64,000 nucleotides of DNA from Candidatus Magasanikbacteria bacterium GW2011_GWA2_56_11 (lineage in GTDB: Bacteria; Patescibacteriota; Patescibacteriia; Magasanikbacterales; UBA922): positions 9,849 through 73,848 of the forward strand of contig LCRX01000001.1 of assembly GCA_001004885.1 (NCBI GenBank), read 5' to 3'. Each line of letters opens with the position of its first letter. The stretch's first letter is position 1. The notes under the pieces are model-generated. The model worked only from the letters and a program-made list of their open reading frames with translations. It searched no databases and was not told where the DNA came from. Shown here piece after piece: positions 55,424 through 64,000 of the stretch. The translations under genes were made by a program, and so were the position numbers.

Positions 55424-56917
55424 ATGGAAGGGATCTCACGAGAAAAAATCCATCCCGTGTTGTCGCCCGAATACCGGCAAGAGGTGGAGCACCCGGAAAA
55501 GATAGCCCAGAGAGCGGCGCATAATATTTGGGGCGGCTGGGAGCTGCACAGACTGGATATTGTCCGAGCCGGAACAGCGAGTCGCCCGGAGCTGGAACAA
55601 TTTCACCGCGCCCGGCTGCGCGATGTCTGGGAGAATTTATTTTCCCACGATCATCAGGCCGCGCTTAAGCTGACCAAAGAAATTGCGGCCGACCAGGAGA
55701 TGATACAGGGATTAGCCGAGTACCTTCGGAATTCGGGACAGGAGATTGTCGAGCCGCCGACCGATAGGGCAATCTGGGAGGCGCTGTCCGGCCAGCCGGC
55801 GTTATGCCGCTCTCTGCCCGATTCGTTGGCCGAGCGGCTGACGCGCCGTCATGTTGAATACGTGAATGCCCGCCAGGAAGCATTTGAACAGCGGGAGTTG
55901 CCCGCCATCATGGCCGAAACTGACCGCCGGATGCGTTTGGCTATCGCCCGCGGCACTATTCCGGTAACCGAGGAACAGTGGGAAAGATTTCGAAGCGTTA
56001 CGCCGATTAGACTGCTTGACCCCTTGTTCGAGTATGAAGACCGCGGAGGCAGTTACCGCAGTCACATCGTGTTTCTTTCTTCTGAGGCCGATGTTGAGAA
56101 TAAAGTTTCTATTTTAGTCCATGAAAGCCTGCACGCCTTGAGCGGCCGGACCGTTGTCCAGGTTACCGAGACAGACGAGGAGTTCGGCGACGACACCTCG
56201 TTTGACAATCGGCGCCTGGGATTGCATTTTTCCTCGGATATTTGGGCCGGGCGACAAGAGAAATTTCGCTGGCTCAACGAAGCGGTAACCGAGGATTTGA
56301 CAGTGGAAATATCCGGCGGCGAAGACCATGGGGTATACCAGCATGAACGCCGCCTGTTGGATCAGCTGTCCGGAGCGCTGGGTCCGGGCGGTCGGCGACG
56401 ATTTCGAGAGGCGTATTTTGAAGACTATGACCCTCAACTTAATAACGAGGAGAGGATACCATTCTACCGCAAACTAGTCCGGACGGTCGGCGCTGAATTG
56501 GGACAGGATTTTTTGGTTAATTTGGATACTTTCATCCACTGGCAACGCACCGGCGACGGCCAACGGATGCACTGGATGGAAGGGGTGGAAATAGCGGCTG
56601 GGCAGTGGGAACGCCGGGGCGAAAAATTCCCTGAGTACGTCGGTAACTGGGTTGAACAGCACCACCGCCGGTTTCGAGGGGTGAGTAACTGGATCGTTGA
56701 GGAGCTTTATAAGGAGGATCCGGGTTTATTAGAGAGGGTTAATTTTTATGAATTAGAGCAACTCTATCCCAAATTGTGGCGGGACAGAATCAGAAATAAA
56801 ATTCCGCATCCGTCGCAGTATGAGTTGGCGGTTTACCGGGACCTGGTTTATGAGCGCCTGGTTAGAGATATAAGGAAGCAGAAAAGGAAGGCAGGCGATG
56901 AATCAACTGCCAATTAG
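55424..56917 (+). CDS. Hypothetical protein with HExxH zinc-metallopeptidase-like motif (497 aa)
   Basis: ILVHESLHALSG (HESLH); remainder unrecognised. Confidence 0.4.
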   Translation: MEGISREKIHPVLSPEYRQEVEHPEKIAQRAAHNIWGGWELHRLDIVRAGTASRPELEQFHRARLRDVWENLFSHDHQAALKLTKEIAADQEMIQGLAEYLRNSGQEIVEPPTDRAIWEALSGQPALCRSLPDSLAERLTRRHVEYVNARQEAFEQRELPAIMAETDRRMRLAIARGTIPVTEEQWERFRSVTPIRLLDPLFEYEDRGGSYRSHIVFLSSEADVENKVSILVHESLHALSGRTVVQVTETDEEFGDDTSFDNRRLGLHFSSDIWAGRQEKFRWLNEAVTEDLTVEISGGEDHGVYQHERRLLDQLSGALGPGGRRRFREAYFEDYDPQLNNEERIPFYRKLVRTVGAELGQDFLVNLDTFIHWQRTGDGQRMHWMEGVEIAAGQWERRGEKFPEYVGNWVEQHHRRFRGVSNWIVEELYKEDPGLLERVNFYELEQLYPKLWRDRIRNKIPHPSQYELAVYRDLVYERLVRDIRKQKRKAGDESTAN

Positions 56918-57046
56918 TGGCTGGTAATTTCGGTTGGCCCGTGTTTTGGCGAGATCAATAAGTCGTGATTTCGGGTAAAGGATCAGCTTAACGTAATTCC
57001 CCAAACCGGGCTGCTTCTACGGAGTCAAGTTTATACACAGCGTCGG

Positions 57047-58531
57047 TCACACCGGCCGGAGCGGCTTTTTCGCGGGTCCCCGCAGCACGCTGCCATCCTG
57101 GTTAAACCGGCTCCCGTGGCACGGGCAATCCCAGGTCTTTGCCTGCGTGTTCCAATTTACGATGCAACCCAGGTGGGTGCATACCGCCGACATTGCGCGT
57201 ATGTTCCCTTGCTCATCTTTGTACACCGCCACCTTTTGCCCTTGCCGGTTGAGAACCGCGCCTGAGCCGGCGCCAAGCGTCTGTACCTCCTCGCTGCCGG
57301 CGGTTTTCTTTCTTCCGGCCACCAGCTCTTTTAAAAAACGCGCATTCTGCTTTAGGGTTTCTTTTACGCCCTGGAAACGTTTCAGGCTGTAGAGTTCCTG
57401 CGCCGCATTCTTGCGTCCGAGGATTATATCCGCATTCAAAATACCGGCGAGCGTACCAAACGTCATGCCGTCGCCCGCATACCCGGTCGCGGAAAGCGTA
57501 TCCGCTGGGGTAACGATGGAGTTCCCGATGAATGGCAAACCGTCCACCGTATTTATCACCTGGCCGCTCCATTCGTTTGTGATCGCGTACGCGCCATCCG
57601 GCAATAATTTTTTCAAATATTGCCGCAGGCGTCCATGTCGCTCGTGCGCATCGCCGCCCTTGCCGGTTTCATGGTCCTCGCCGCCGAGGAGGAACCGGTC
57701 TTGTCCCGGCAGAGAATCCACCCGAAAATAGTGGTAGGGGTCTTCCGCGTCAATATACAGCCCTTCTTTTACGATTCCGCTTCGGCATGTGCCGCCGATT
57801 ACATAGGTCTGTGAGGGGAGAATGCGCGTGTGGATGTCGAACGCCCAGTTGTTGGGATTGTGCGTGGCGATCACGATATGCTCCGCCGTCACCGTGCCGT
57901 TTTTCGTTTTCACCGCGGGCCGGCCCGCATGTTCATAGTCGGTTACTTCCGTATCTTGAAAAATTTTTCCGCCCATGGCGGCAACTTTTTTGGACAACGC
58001 GTACAGATACTTGAGCGGATGAAATTTTGCGTTGTTTTCTATCCGGAGGGCAAACGGAAAAGAAAGTACGTTATTTTCCGCGGTAACCGGAAAATCTAGG
58101 GCGCGCATGAGATCGTATTCCTTTTGGAGGGATTTTTTTTCTGCGTCATCCATAGCGCAGTAGTGCAGGGGGCAGCGCGTGAATTCGCAGTCCAAGCGTT
58201 CTTCCCCGACAATTTTTTCAATCGCATCAATAGCCGCCTGCGCTGAATGCCATACAGCGGCCGCTTTTTCCTTGCCCAACGTATTTACGAGTTCCGAAAG
58301 ATCAGCGTCTGTGGCATAAGTGAGAAAGGCGGTAGTGTTTCTGCTTTCCCCCGAGACCAGCCGGTCCTTTTCAAGCACGACGACCTTTTTCCCTTGCTTC
58401 AATAACAGGTAGGCAGTGGTAAGGCCGGTAATGCCTGCCCCCACAATCGCCACATCGGCGTGGTAATCCCTGGATAAGGAAGGAAATTCAGGCGTCGGTG
58501 AATAGTCATTCCAAATAGATTGTTGGTTCAT
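57047..58531 (-). CDS. FAD-dependent oxidoreductase fused to C-terminal Rieske [2Fe-2S] domain
   Basis: N-terminal [15 protein letters not shown] (GxGxxG); C-terminal [10 protein letters not shown]...CPCHGSRF (CxH...CxxH). Confidence 0.75.
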   Translation of the reverse strand: MNQQSIWNDYSPTPEFPSLSRDYHADVAIVGAGITGLTTAYLLLKQGKKVVVLEKDRLVSGESRNTTAFLTYATDADLSELVNTLGKEKAAAVWHSAQAAIDAIEKIVGEERLDCEFTRCPLHYCAMDDAEKKSLQKEYDLMRALDFPVTAENNVLSFPFALRIENNAKFHPLKYLYALSKKVAAMGGKIFQDTEVTDYEHAGRPAVKTKNGTVTAEHIVIATHNPNNWAFDIHTRILPSQTYVIGGTCRSGIVKEGLYIDAEDPYHYFRVDSLPGQDRFLLGGEDHETGKGGDAHERHGRLRQYLKKLLPDGAYAITNEWSGQVINTVDGLPFIGNSIVTPADTLSATGYAGDGMTFGTLAGILNADIILGRKNAAQELYSLKRFQGVKETLKQNARFLKELVAGRKKTAGSEEVQTLGAGSGAVLNRQGQKVAVYKDEQGNIRAMSAVCTHLGCIVNWNTQAKTWDCPCHGSRFNQDGSVLRGPAKKPLRPV

Positions 58532-58740
58532 ACCGGACTAATTAATTTTATAAAGGCAGCATAACAAACCAAATAAAGGATGGATAGATAGCTAACTAAC
58601 TTTACAACTACGCAGCGGATAGCGAGTTAGATGCAGCTGTGGGGCATCTTTTAATGTCCCCGTCAGACGATTCGCAGCAAAAAGACGGCTTGATAGGCCG
58701 TCTTTTTGCTGCGTCGGGGTTTAAAAATTTTGCCTGGCGG

Positions 58741-59994
58741 TTAATTGAACGTGTTCCACAAGCTATAGAAAGAGAAAAGGCCGAAGAACGAAAAGGCGAT
58801 AATGATCAGGATTCGCCGCGCCAAGTGCGGCTGGATTTCTGGCGGCAGCTCTTTGTAATTGAGCCAGTTTACGAGCCCAATATGCACGAACATGCACAGC
58901 GCGTTGATAACCGCCCCGATCACGAGCAGTGTTAGCGGTTCTTTGAAGCCGAACGCGAATACGCCGATGCCGAACAGGATTTGAGCATTATCCCCATGAT
59001 GACGGCAAATAGCGATCCGATGGCGGGGATTGTTTTTTGTCCGATTACCCGCGCTTCATTCAACACGAATTTTATCCCCTGCGCGTTTCCTTCCAGCCCG
59101 AACGTGGTTACGAAAGATAGCAGGGCCAGCAGCAGAATAGTGGTTATTCCCAGGCCGTAAAATACCAGGGCGTGCTCCCGGTTTACCAGCTTCCACCATG
59201 ATTTGAACAGGGCGACGTTCTGTTCGGTCGGCTGGAATTCAAAACCGTTTAAATCTATTTTTTGCTGTCCGCCGCTGAACAGGCCTTTTATTTTTTCCGT
59301 GTAGTGTCCCATGCCGTATCCCTTTTCTCGGATATAGCTCGATTGGGTTAAATTTAAATTGCCGCCGGCGCCGCTATAGGCAAACGCGGCCAAGAACGTG
59401 GCCAGTGGTATGCCTACAGGCAGAAATGAATAACCGCGCCCCTGCCCGACAATACCCCGCAGCAGTTCGCTCCAATCGGTTCCGGCGGCCAAATAAAGAG
59501 TCAGCAGGACGATCGACGGCACGCCAATTAGAATTATGGCTTGCGAAAAACGTTCAATGGTGGGGTAAATATATTTGCCGGTACTCAAGATTATGCCAAT
59601 AAGAATCAGAAGCGCGATCGCCACGGCGGTGCTGTCGCCGCCGAGGACCGAAGAAAAAAGAAAAGCAGACGAAGCGATGATGCCCGGCCAGCCGAAGCCG
59701 ATAATCGTGGAAAGAATCAGCCAATAAGGAACCCAAGCCCAGCGCCGGGCGAGCCCCACGAATACGCTTTCGCCCCGCGCGAGGCTGTAGCGTTCGATTT
59801 CCATGTTAATAAAAAACTGGAACGTGATGCCGAGAACGGCTCCCCACACGATGCCCAGACCCCAATTGGAAGCCAGGTAGGGCCACAGGATAACTTCTCC
59901 TGATCCCAAGCCCAGGCCAAGCAGGATAAAACTGGGACCGAGCAGAGCCTTGAACGGTGGCGGCGACGGGAGGAGTTTTTGCGCGCGCTTTAAC
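58741..59994 (-). pseudogene. mntH: NRAMP-family divalent metal transporter (MntH-like), apparent frameshift near 58925-58990
   Basis: MLKRAQKLL...GPSFILLGLGLGSGEVILWPYLAS... Nramp N-terminal consensus; last TM helices (MIGAVINALCMFVHIGLVNW...) are in a different frame. Confidence 0.5.
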
Positions 59995-60232
59995 ATATTT
60001 TGTGCTGGTACGATAAAAATATTTGTAAAGTATAGCACGAGATGCGGATGATTGTCTGCTCTAATTTGGTTGGACAGCCTCTCAGAGAGGTGTTCGAGGC
60101 CAATCCCCAACGTTCTGGTTGGGTTTTGCCATAAAAGACGGCGCTTGCGGTGAGCTTTTAGTACCCGTTGCCAGAGGTTGAATTTTAACAGTTTTGCTGT
60201 AGTATAGGTTTATGTTTTCTCGTTAAAAGAAC

Positions 60233-61084
60233 ATGACCTTAAGACGCAATTTCTCATTATTCGGGCCTCCTCTCCGGACCAGATCGCGGCTGCGGATTTG
60301 GGCGGGGACGATTTTTTTCTACTGTCGAAAGTATTTATACTGGTATTTTAGCCGGCATCGTTTTGCCCGCTCGCTCCTCGAACCCAGACAGGCGCAGGTC
60401 ATCGCCGAACACCGGACGCCGCTCTTAAGAAAACTGAATAACGTGGAAATGCAGTTGCAGTACAACAAGGTGCACAACCTGGGTTTGGCCATTCGGAAAT
60501 TAAACGGCCTGGCGCTAAATCCAGGGGAGATTTTCTCCTATTGGCGGCTTATCGGCCGGCCGACAAGCCGGGCTGGATACCGGGAAGGCGTGGTGCTCGA
60601 AAGGGGGCAGGTAATCGCCGGCATCGGCGGCGGCCTTTGCCAGCTCTCCAACCTCATTTATTGGCTGACGCTGCACACCCCGCTCATTGTAACCGAGCGC
60701 TGGCGGCATGGGTACGATGTTTTTCCGGATGCGGGTCGTACGCAGCCGTTTGGCAGCGGGGCCACCTGTTCGTACCCTAATATTGATCTGCAGATCAAGA
60801 ATCCGACCGCGCAGCCGTTTCAGCTTTCGCTCGAGCTGACCGCTACGCACCTTGTCGGCCGCTGGCTTTCGTCCGAGCCGTCTCCGGTGCGCTACGAGGT
60901 GTTTGAACGCGACCACCGGATAGAGGGCAATTGGGCCGGCGGGGATACCCGCCATAACCGGATATTCCGCCGGGTTATTGACTGTAAGACCGGTTTAGCG
61001 CTCCGGGAGGAGTTTGTTACTCAGAATCAGGCCCTGATGATGTACGAACCGTTGCTGCCGCCGTCCGGGGCGGCGGGGGATTAA
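60233..61084 (+). CDS. VanW family protein
   Basis: GIGGGLCQLSNLIYWLTLHTPL resembles the VanW GGGVCQVSTTLYNA core. Confidence 0.55.
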   Translation: MTLRRNFSLFGPPLRTRSRLRIWAGTIFFYCRKYLYWYFSRHRFARSLLEPRQAQVIAEHRTPLLRKLNNVEMQLQYNKVHNLGLAIRKLNGLALNPGEIFSYWRLIGRPTSRAGYREGVVLERGQVIAGIGGGLCQLSNLIYWLTLHTPLIVTERWRHGYDVFPDAGRTQPFGSGATCSYPNIDLQIKNPTAQPFQLSLELTATHLVGRWLSSEPSPVRYEVFERDHRIEGNWAGGDTRHNRIFRRVIDCKTGLALREEFVTQNQALMMYEPLLPPSGAAGD

Positions 61085-61085
61085 T

Positions 61086-61547
61086 TCAGAGATCAACCTT
61101 TTGACCGATGGGCGCGGCTGGAGGAGCCGTCTTATTCAGTTTTCTTCTTAGGATAAGAGCCAACTTGATGTCTGCCAGTATCAACACTGCGACTGCGGCC
61201 AGAGAGATATTTTGATATATCGGATCGGGGTCAGAAATGAGTCCGAGAAAAGTATATTCACCGTTGTCGATATCGCCGTCAACCATGAATAATGAAGCCG
61301 TGATCAGACTCATTTGACCGATTAAAAACCATCCCCGGCTGCGACTATCCAGAACAGATTTGTGCCGGGCAAATTTGAGGCTAAGTTTAAGATGCAAGAA
61401 TCTTACCGCGATATCGACTATGCCGGTCATGAACAGATATATAAAGCCGAAATTAACGATGCGGACAAAAAAGCTCAATATGGAAATGATAAACACGGCG
61501 GGTACGCTGGCTAGTAAATCAAATTTTTTGGAAGGGGCGCTGGGCAT
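61086..61547 (-). CDS. Hypothetical small membrane protein (153 aa); low GC
   Basis: three to four hydrophobic helices; no family recognised. Confidence 0.35.
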   Translation of the reverse strand: MPSAPSKKFDLLASVPAVFIISILSFFVRIVNFGFIYLFMTGIVDIAVRFLHLKLSLKFARHKSVLDSRSRGWFLIGQMSLITASLFMVDGDIDNGEYTFLGLISDPDPIYQNISLAAVAVLILADIKLALILRRKLNKTAPPAAPIGQKVDL

Positions 61548-61895
61548 ATATTTGAAAAAAATTTCATACCAGCCAGTATAACACAGTAGAACTTACTCCC
61601 AAAATAATTCTGAGTCAGTTTCGAGCCTTTTAAGCGAAAAATGTCCAGGATTGAGGAACCATAATGGTATCATGGCGACGAAATATGGACATTTTGCAGT
61701 CAACACCAGACGAAAATGAGCCAGAATTATTTTGGGAAGTAGGCTCTAATTGCTTGAATAAAATTTTACCAGTTTGGTTCGGCGTGGTCGCAAATGTTTC
61801 CGGCAAGAAGATGGCCGGTCCGCCGCCTTTTTGGCGGCACTGTTTAGATAGGCGAATTGGCTCCGCCTTCGTGGCGGCCGCTGTGTATAACCGTC

Positions 61896-61946
61896 TTGAC
61901 AGGCGGCGGAGGGGGGTATATTATGGACCTATACCTATGGTATAGG
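61896..61946 (+). promoter_or_regulatory. Promoter TTGACA-N17-TATTAT with overlapping CsoR-type operator palindrome CCTATACC-TAT-GGTATAGG
   Basis: perfect 8-bp IR at 61928-61946 immediately downstream of -10, upstream of csoR. Confidence 0.5.
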
Positions 61947-61972
61947 TTAATTACTCAGTCTAAACCAACCCT

Positions 61973-62248
61973 ATGGTGGACCCCTACGTTTCCAAGATAA
62001 AAACCAACCTCAAGAAAACCCAGGGACAGCTGCAGCGGATTCAGAAAATGATCGAGGAGGATAGGTACTGCATCGACATCGCCCAGCAGGTGAACGCGGC
62101 CGTGGGGCTCTTAAAACAGGTAAACAGCTACGTGCTTGAGAGCCACTTGCTCTGCTGCGGAGCGGAAAAATTGAACGCGAAAGATAAGAAAACCAAAGAA
62201 GACTTCGCCAAAGAGCTGGTGCAGGCTTTTAGCATTAAAAATAAATAA
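61973..62248 (+). CDS. csoR: CsoR/RcnR family metal-sensing transcriptional repressor
   Basis: …RYCIDIAQQVNAAVGLL…ESHLLCC… with conserved Cys/His ligand positions; 91 aa. Confidence 0.75.
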   Translation: MVDPYVSKIKTNLKKTQGQLQRIQKMIEEDRYCIDIAQQVNAAVGLLKQVNSYVLESHLLCCGAEKLNAKDKKTKEDFAKELVQAFSIKNK

Positions 62249-62257
62249 TTTGTAGTT

Positions 62258-64000
62258 ATGTACCGTCGTATCACACTCAAAATTAGCGGCATGCACTGCG
62301 CTTCGTGCGAAAAAATTATCCAAGGGAACCTGGAAGATATCGGGGTGCGTGTCATAGGAATAGACGCCAAAACGGGAATGGGCGAGATCGAAGCGGACGC
62401 GTCGATCCCGGATGAGCGGATTTTGCAGCTACTCGAAGACGCCACGTACAAATCCGAGATCGTGGCCAGCACTGCCCAGCCCGCCGATCCCGGCGCCGGG
62501 CATGAAGACAGCCCGCCGCAGAGCCAGGTCGATGAAGCCTCCGGGCAAATAAGCGTAGAGAAGAAAATCGTCGCGCCGGACGCTCGTTTTAAAATGAGAT
62601 TGGAATCCACGCTCGAGGCCGAAGGAAAGTTCACGTCCGAGGGAGACGCCCCCGCTTTCAAGGGAAAAATGACGCAAAAAAGGAAGGGCGAATTTGAAAT
62701 CCCTGACGGTAAGGAAAACGTGGACAGTTTCATCGACAGCATTTTGCGGTCGGCTAAATTTTCCCAATTGTTCCAAACGCTGCCCGGAGAAGCCTCCCTC
62801 GGAGCTGGGGCTGGCGCGGAGCGGCAGGCTGCCTCGGCCCCGGTGGCGGCGGACGCGGAACAGTCCAAGGGAGAGCAGCGGACCGACCTGGTAATCGGCG
62901 GCATGCACTGCGCTTCGTGCGCCAATATTATTGCCCGGGGGCTCAAGAAAGTTCCCGGCGTAAAAACCGCCCAGGTTAATTTTGCGGCGCAAAAAGCCAG
63001 CGTAACGTTTGACGCCGGCGTGGCCAGGATAGAAAATTTGATCGCGGCCGTGAAGAAAGCCGGGTACGAGGCAGACGTATACGACCCCAAAAATACCGAG
63101 GCGGACAGGCAGCGCCGGGAAAGGGAAATAAAAAAGTACTTTACCAAGTTCCTTTGGAGTTTGGGTTTGAGCCTACCGATGCTTTATTTCATGCTGCTCG
63201 ATTTCTTTGTTTTGCCGGGCAGAGCCCTTTCTTTGCCGTTTATCGGCATTATTTCTCTTATTCTGACGGCTCCGATACAATTTATCATCGGTTCCGGATT
63301 CTATAAGGGCGCCTGGAGCTCGCTGCGCATGAAAATGTTCAACATGGACAGTCTCATCGCGATCGGCACCAGCACGGCGTTCTTTTACAGTCTGTGGCGC
63401 TTTCTGGATTACGCGATTCGAAACCAAAGCGTAGTCGGCCTGGGAGGAGCCAAAATTCCGGATTTGTATTTCGAGACAGCCGCTTTTCTTATCACCTTCG
63501 TCATTCTCGGCAAATGGCTCGAAGCCAAAGCCAAGGGCAAAACCAGCGACGCGATCAAGAAGCTTATGGGGCTGCAGCCCAAGACCGCGCGGGTAATCCG
63601 CGGCGGCCAAGAAGCGGACATAAACATCGAGGATGTAGTCGTGGGAGATGTCATCGTGGTCCGGCCGGGAGAAAAGATTCCGGTCGACGGCGCGGTGGTA
63701 AAGGGCAGCTCGTCGGTGGATGAATCAATGCTCACCGGCGAAAGCATCCCGGTGGAAAAGAACGCCGGCGACGTGGTGATCGGCGCCACGGTCAACAAAC
63801 ACGGGAGTTTCGAATTTAAGGCGTCGAAAGTAGGCAGCGAAACAGCCTTGGCCCAGATTATCCGCCTGATTGAAGAGGCGCAAAACTCGCGCGCCCCGAT
63901 CCAGAATTTTGCCGACCGGGTGTCGGCGTGGTTCGTGCCGCTCGTCTTGGTTATCGCCGCGCTTACCTTTATTGTCTGGTTCTTCGTCTTGGGCGCCAGT
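62258..64000 (+). CDS. copA: Copper-translocating P-type ATPase, N-terminal part with two HMA domains (3' end outside window)
   Basis: two GMHCASC metal-binding motifs, then TM helices and TGES actuator motif (…[12 protein letters not shown]…); ORF open to window end. Confidence 0.85.
   Translation, partial: MYRRITLKISGMHCASCEKIIQGNLEDIGVRVIGIDAKTGMGEIEADASIPDERILQLLEDATYKSEIVASTAQPADPGAGHEDSPPQSQVDEASGQISVEKKIVAPDARFKMRLESTLEAEGKFTSEGDAPAFKGKMTQKRKGEFEIPDGKENVDSFIDSILRSAKFSQLFQTLPGEASLGAGAGAERQAASAPVAADAEQSKGEQRTDLVIGGMHCASCANIIARGLKKVPGVKTAQVNFAAQKASVTFDAGVARIENLIAAVKKAGYEADVYDPKNTEADRQRREREIKKYFTKFLWSLGLSLPMLYFMLLDFFVLPGRALSLPFIGIISLILTAPIQFIIGSGFYKGAWSSLRMKMFNMDSLIAIGTSTAFFYSLWRFLDYAIRNQSVVGLGGAKIPDLYFETAAFLITFVILGKWLEAKAKGKTSDAIKKLMGLQPKTARVIRGGQEADINIEDVVVGDVIVVRPGEKIPVDGAVVKGSSSVDESMLTGESIPVEKNAGDVVIGATVNKHGSFEFKASKVGSETALAQIIRLIEEAQNSRAPIQNFADRVSAWFVPLVLVIAALTFIVWFFVLGAS

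Noticed and set aside
58639-58935. 98-aa plus-strand ORF near the mntH 3' end
   Set aside because: It is antisense to the Nramp C-terminal helices, which read in a minus-strand frame, and has no motifs. It is more likely a by-product of the frameshifted region.
62128-63610. Minus-strand ORFs of 339, 187 and 145 aa at the window end
   Set aside because: They are antisense to the clearly recognisable copA gene (HMA domains, TGES motif), and their translations are low-complexity.
1-64000. CRISPR arrays, rRNA genes, transposase/integrase genes
   Set aside because: None seen on either strand. The only short-period direct repeats are the 21-bp coding repeat at 44560-44900 and the three intergenic repeats, neither with CRISPR-like spacer structure.

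Overview
This 64 kb bacterial window is a backbone of about 55-60% GC housekeeping genes interrupted by accessory segments of sharply different composition. The backbone genes are dnaE (3' part), tsaD, rplJ-rplL with their leader, tsaB, mreB, ribA, ribD, holB, frr, glyS behind a glycine T-box leader, tpiA, mutM, five tRNAs (Glu, Thr, Tyr, Val, Thr), an M16 peptidase, GT2 and GT4 glycosyltransferases, a DUF4012-like protein and the start of a csoR-copA copper operon. The gene content (short TsaB, DUF4012, processive GT2, sparse metabolism) is reminiscent of Patescibacteria/CPR-like genomes, but I cannot verify taxonomy from sequence alone.

The most striking structure is a co-directional, translationally coupled array of eight highly divergent paralogs of 269-290 aa at 16465-24621. 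Each paralog carries class I SAM-methyltransferase-like motifs and a conserved N-terminal W...PPARPSPE...Y.KY signature. The array begins 4 bp after tsaB and ends 16 bp before a 515-aa protein that combines an unrecognised N-terminal domain with a C-terminal PEP-utilizing-enzyme phospho-histidine swivel domain. The array is interrupted after copy 1 by a ~70% GC gene for a Cys/Met-metabolism-type PLP enzyme that has its own terminator and promoter.

Other notable features:
- At least nine single-gene high-GC islands, each bracketed by AT-rich spacers with near-consensus sigma70-like promoters and hairpin terminators.
- Three apparently frameshifted genes: an OPT transporter, a type I asparaginase and a NRAMP/MntH transporter.
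- A three-copy conserved intergenic repeat of about 90-160 bp, with a compensatory-variation hairpin, demarcating gene cassettes downstream of a tRNA-Val/Thr pair.
- A protein built from roughly 14 heptad repeats encoded by a 21-bp DNA tandem repeat.
- A low-GC island encoding a PolyA_pol/CCA-type nucleotidyltransferase-like protein with a G9 tract upstream.
- A degraded RhuM-family gene remnant next to ASCH and GNAT genes.
- Several long inverted repeats.

No CRISPR array or rRNA was seen.
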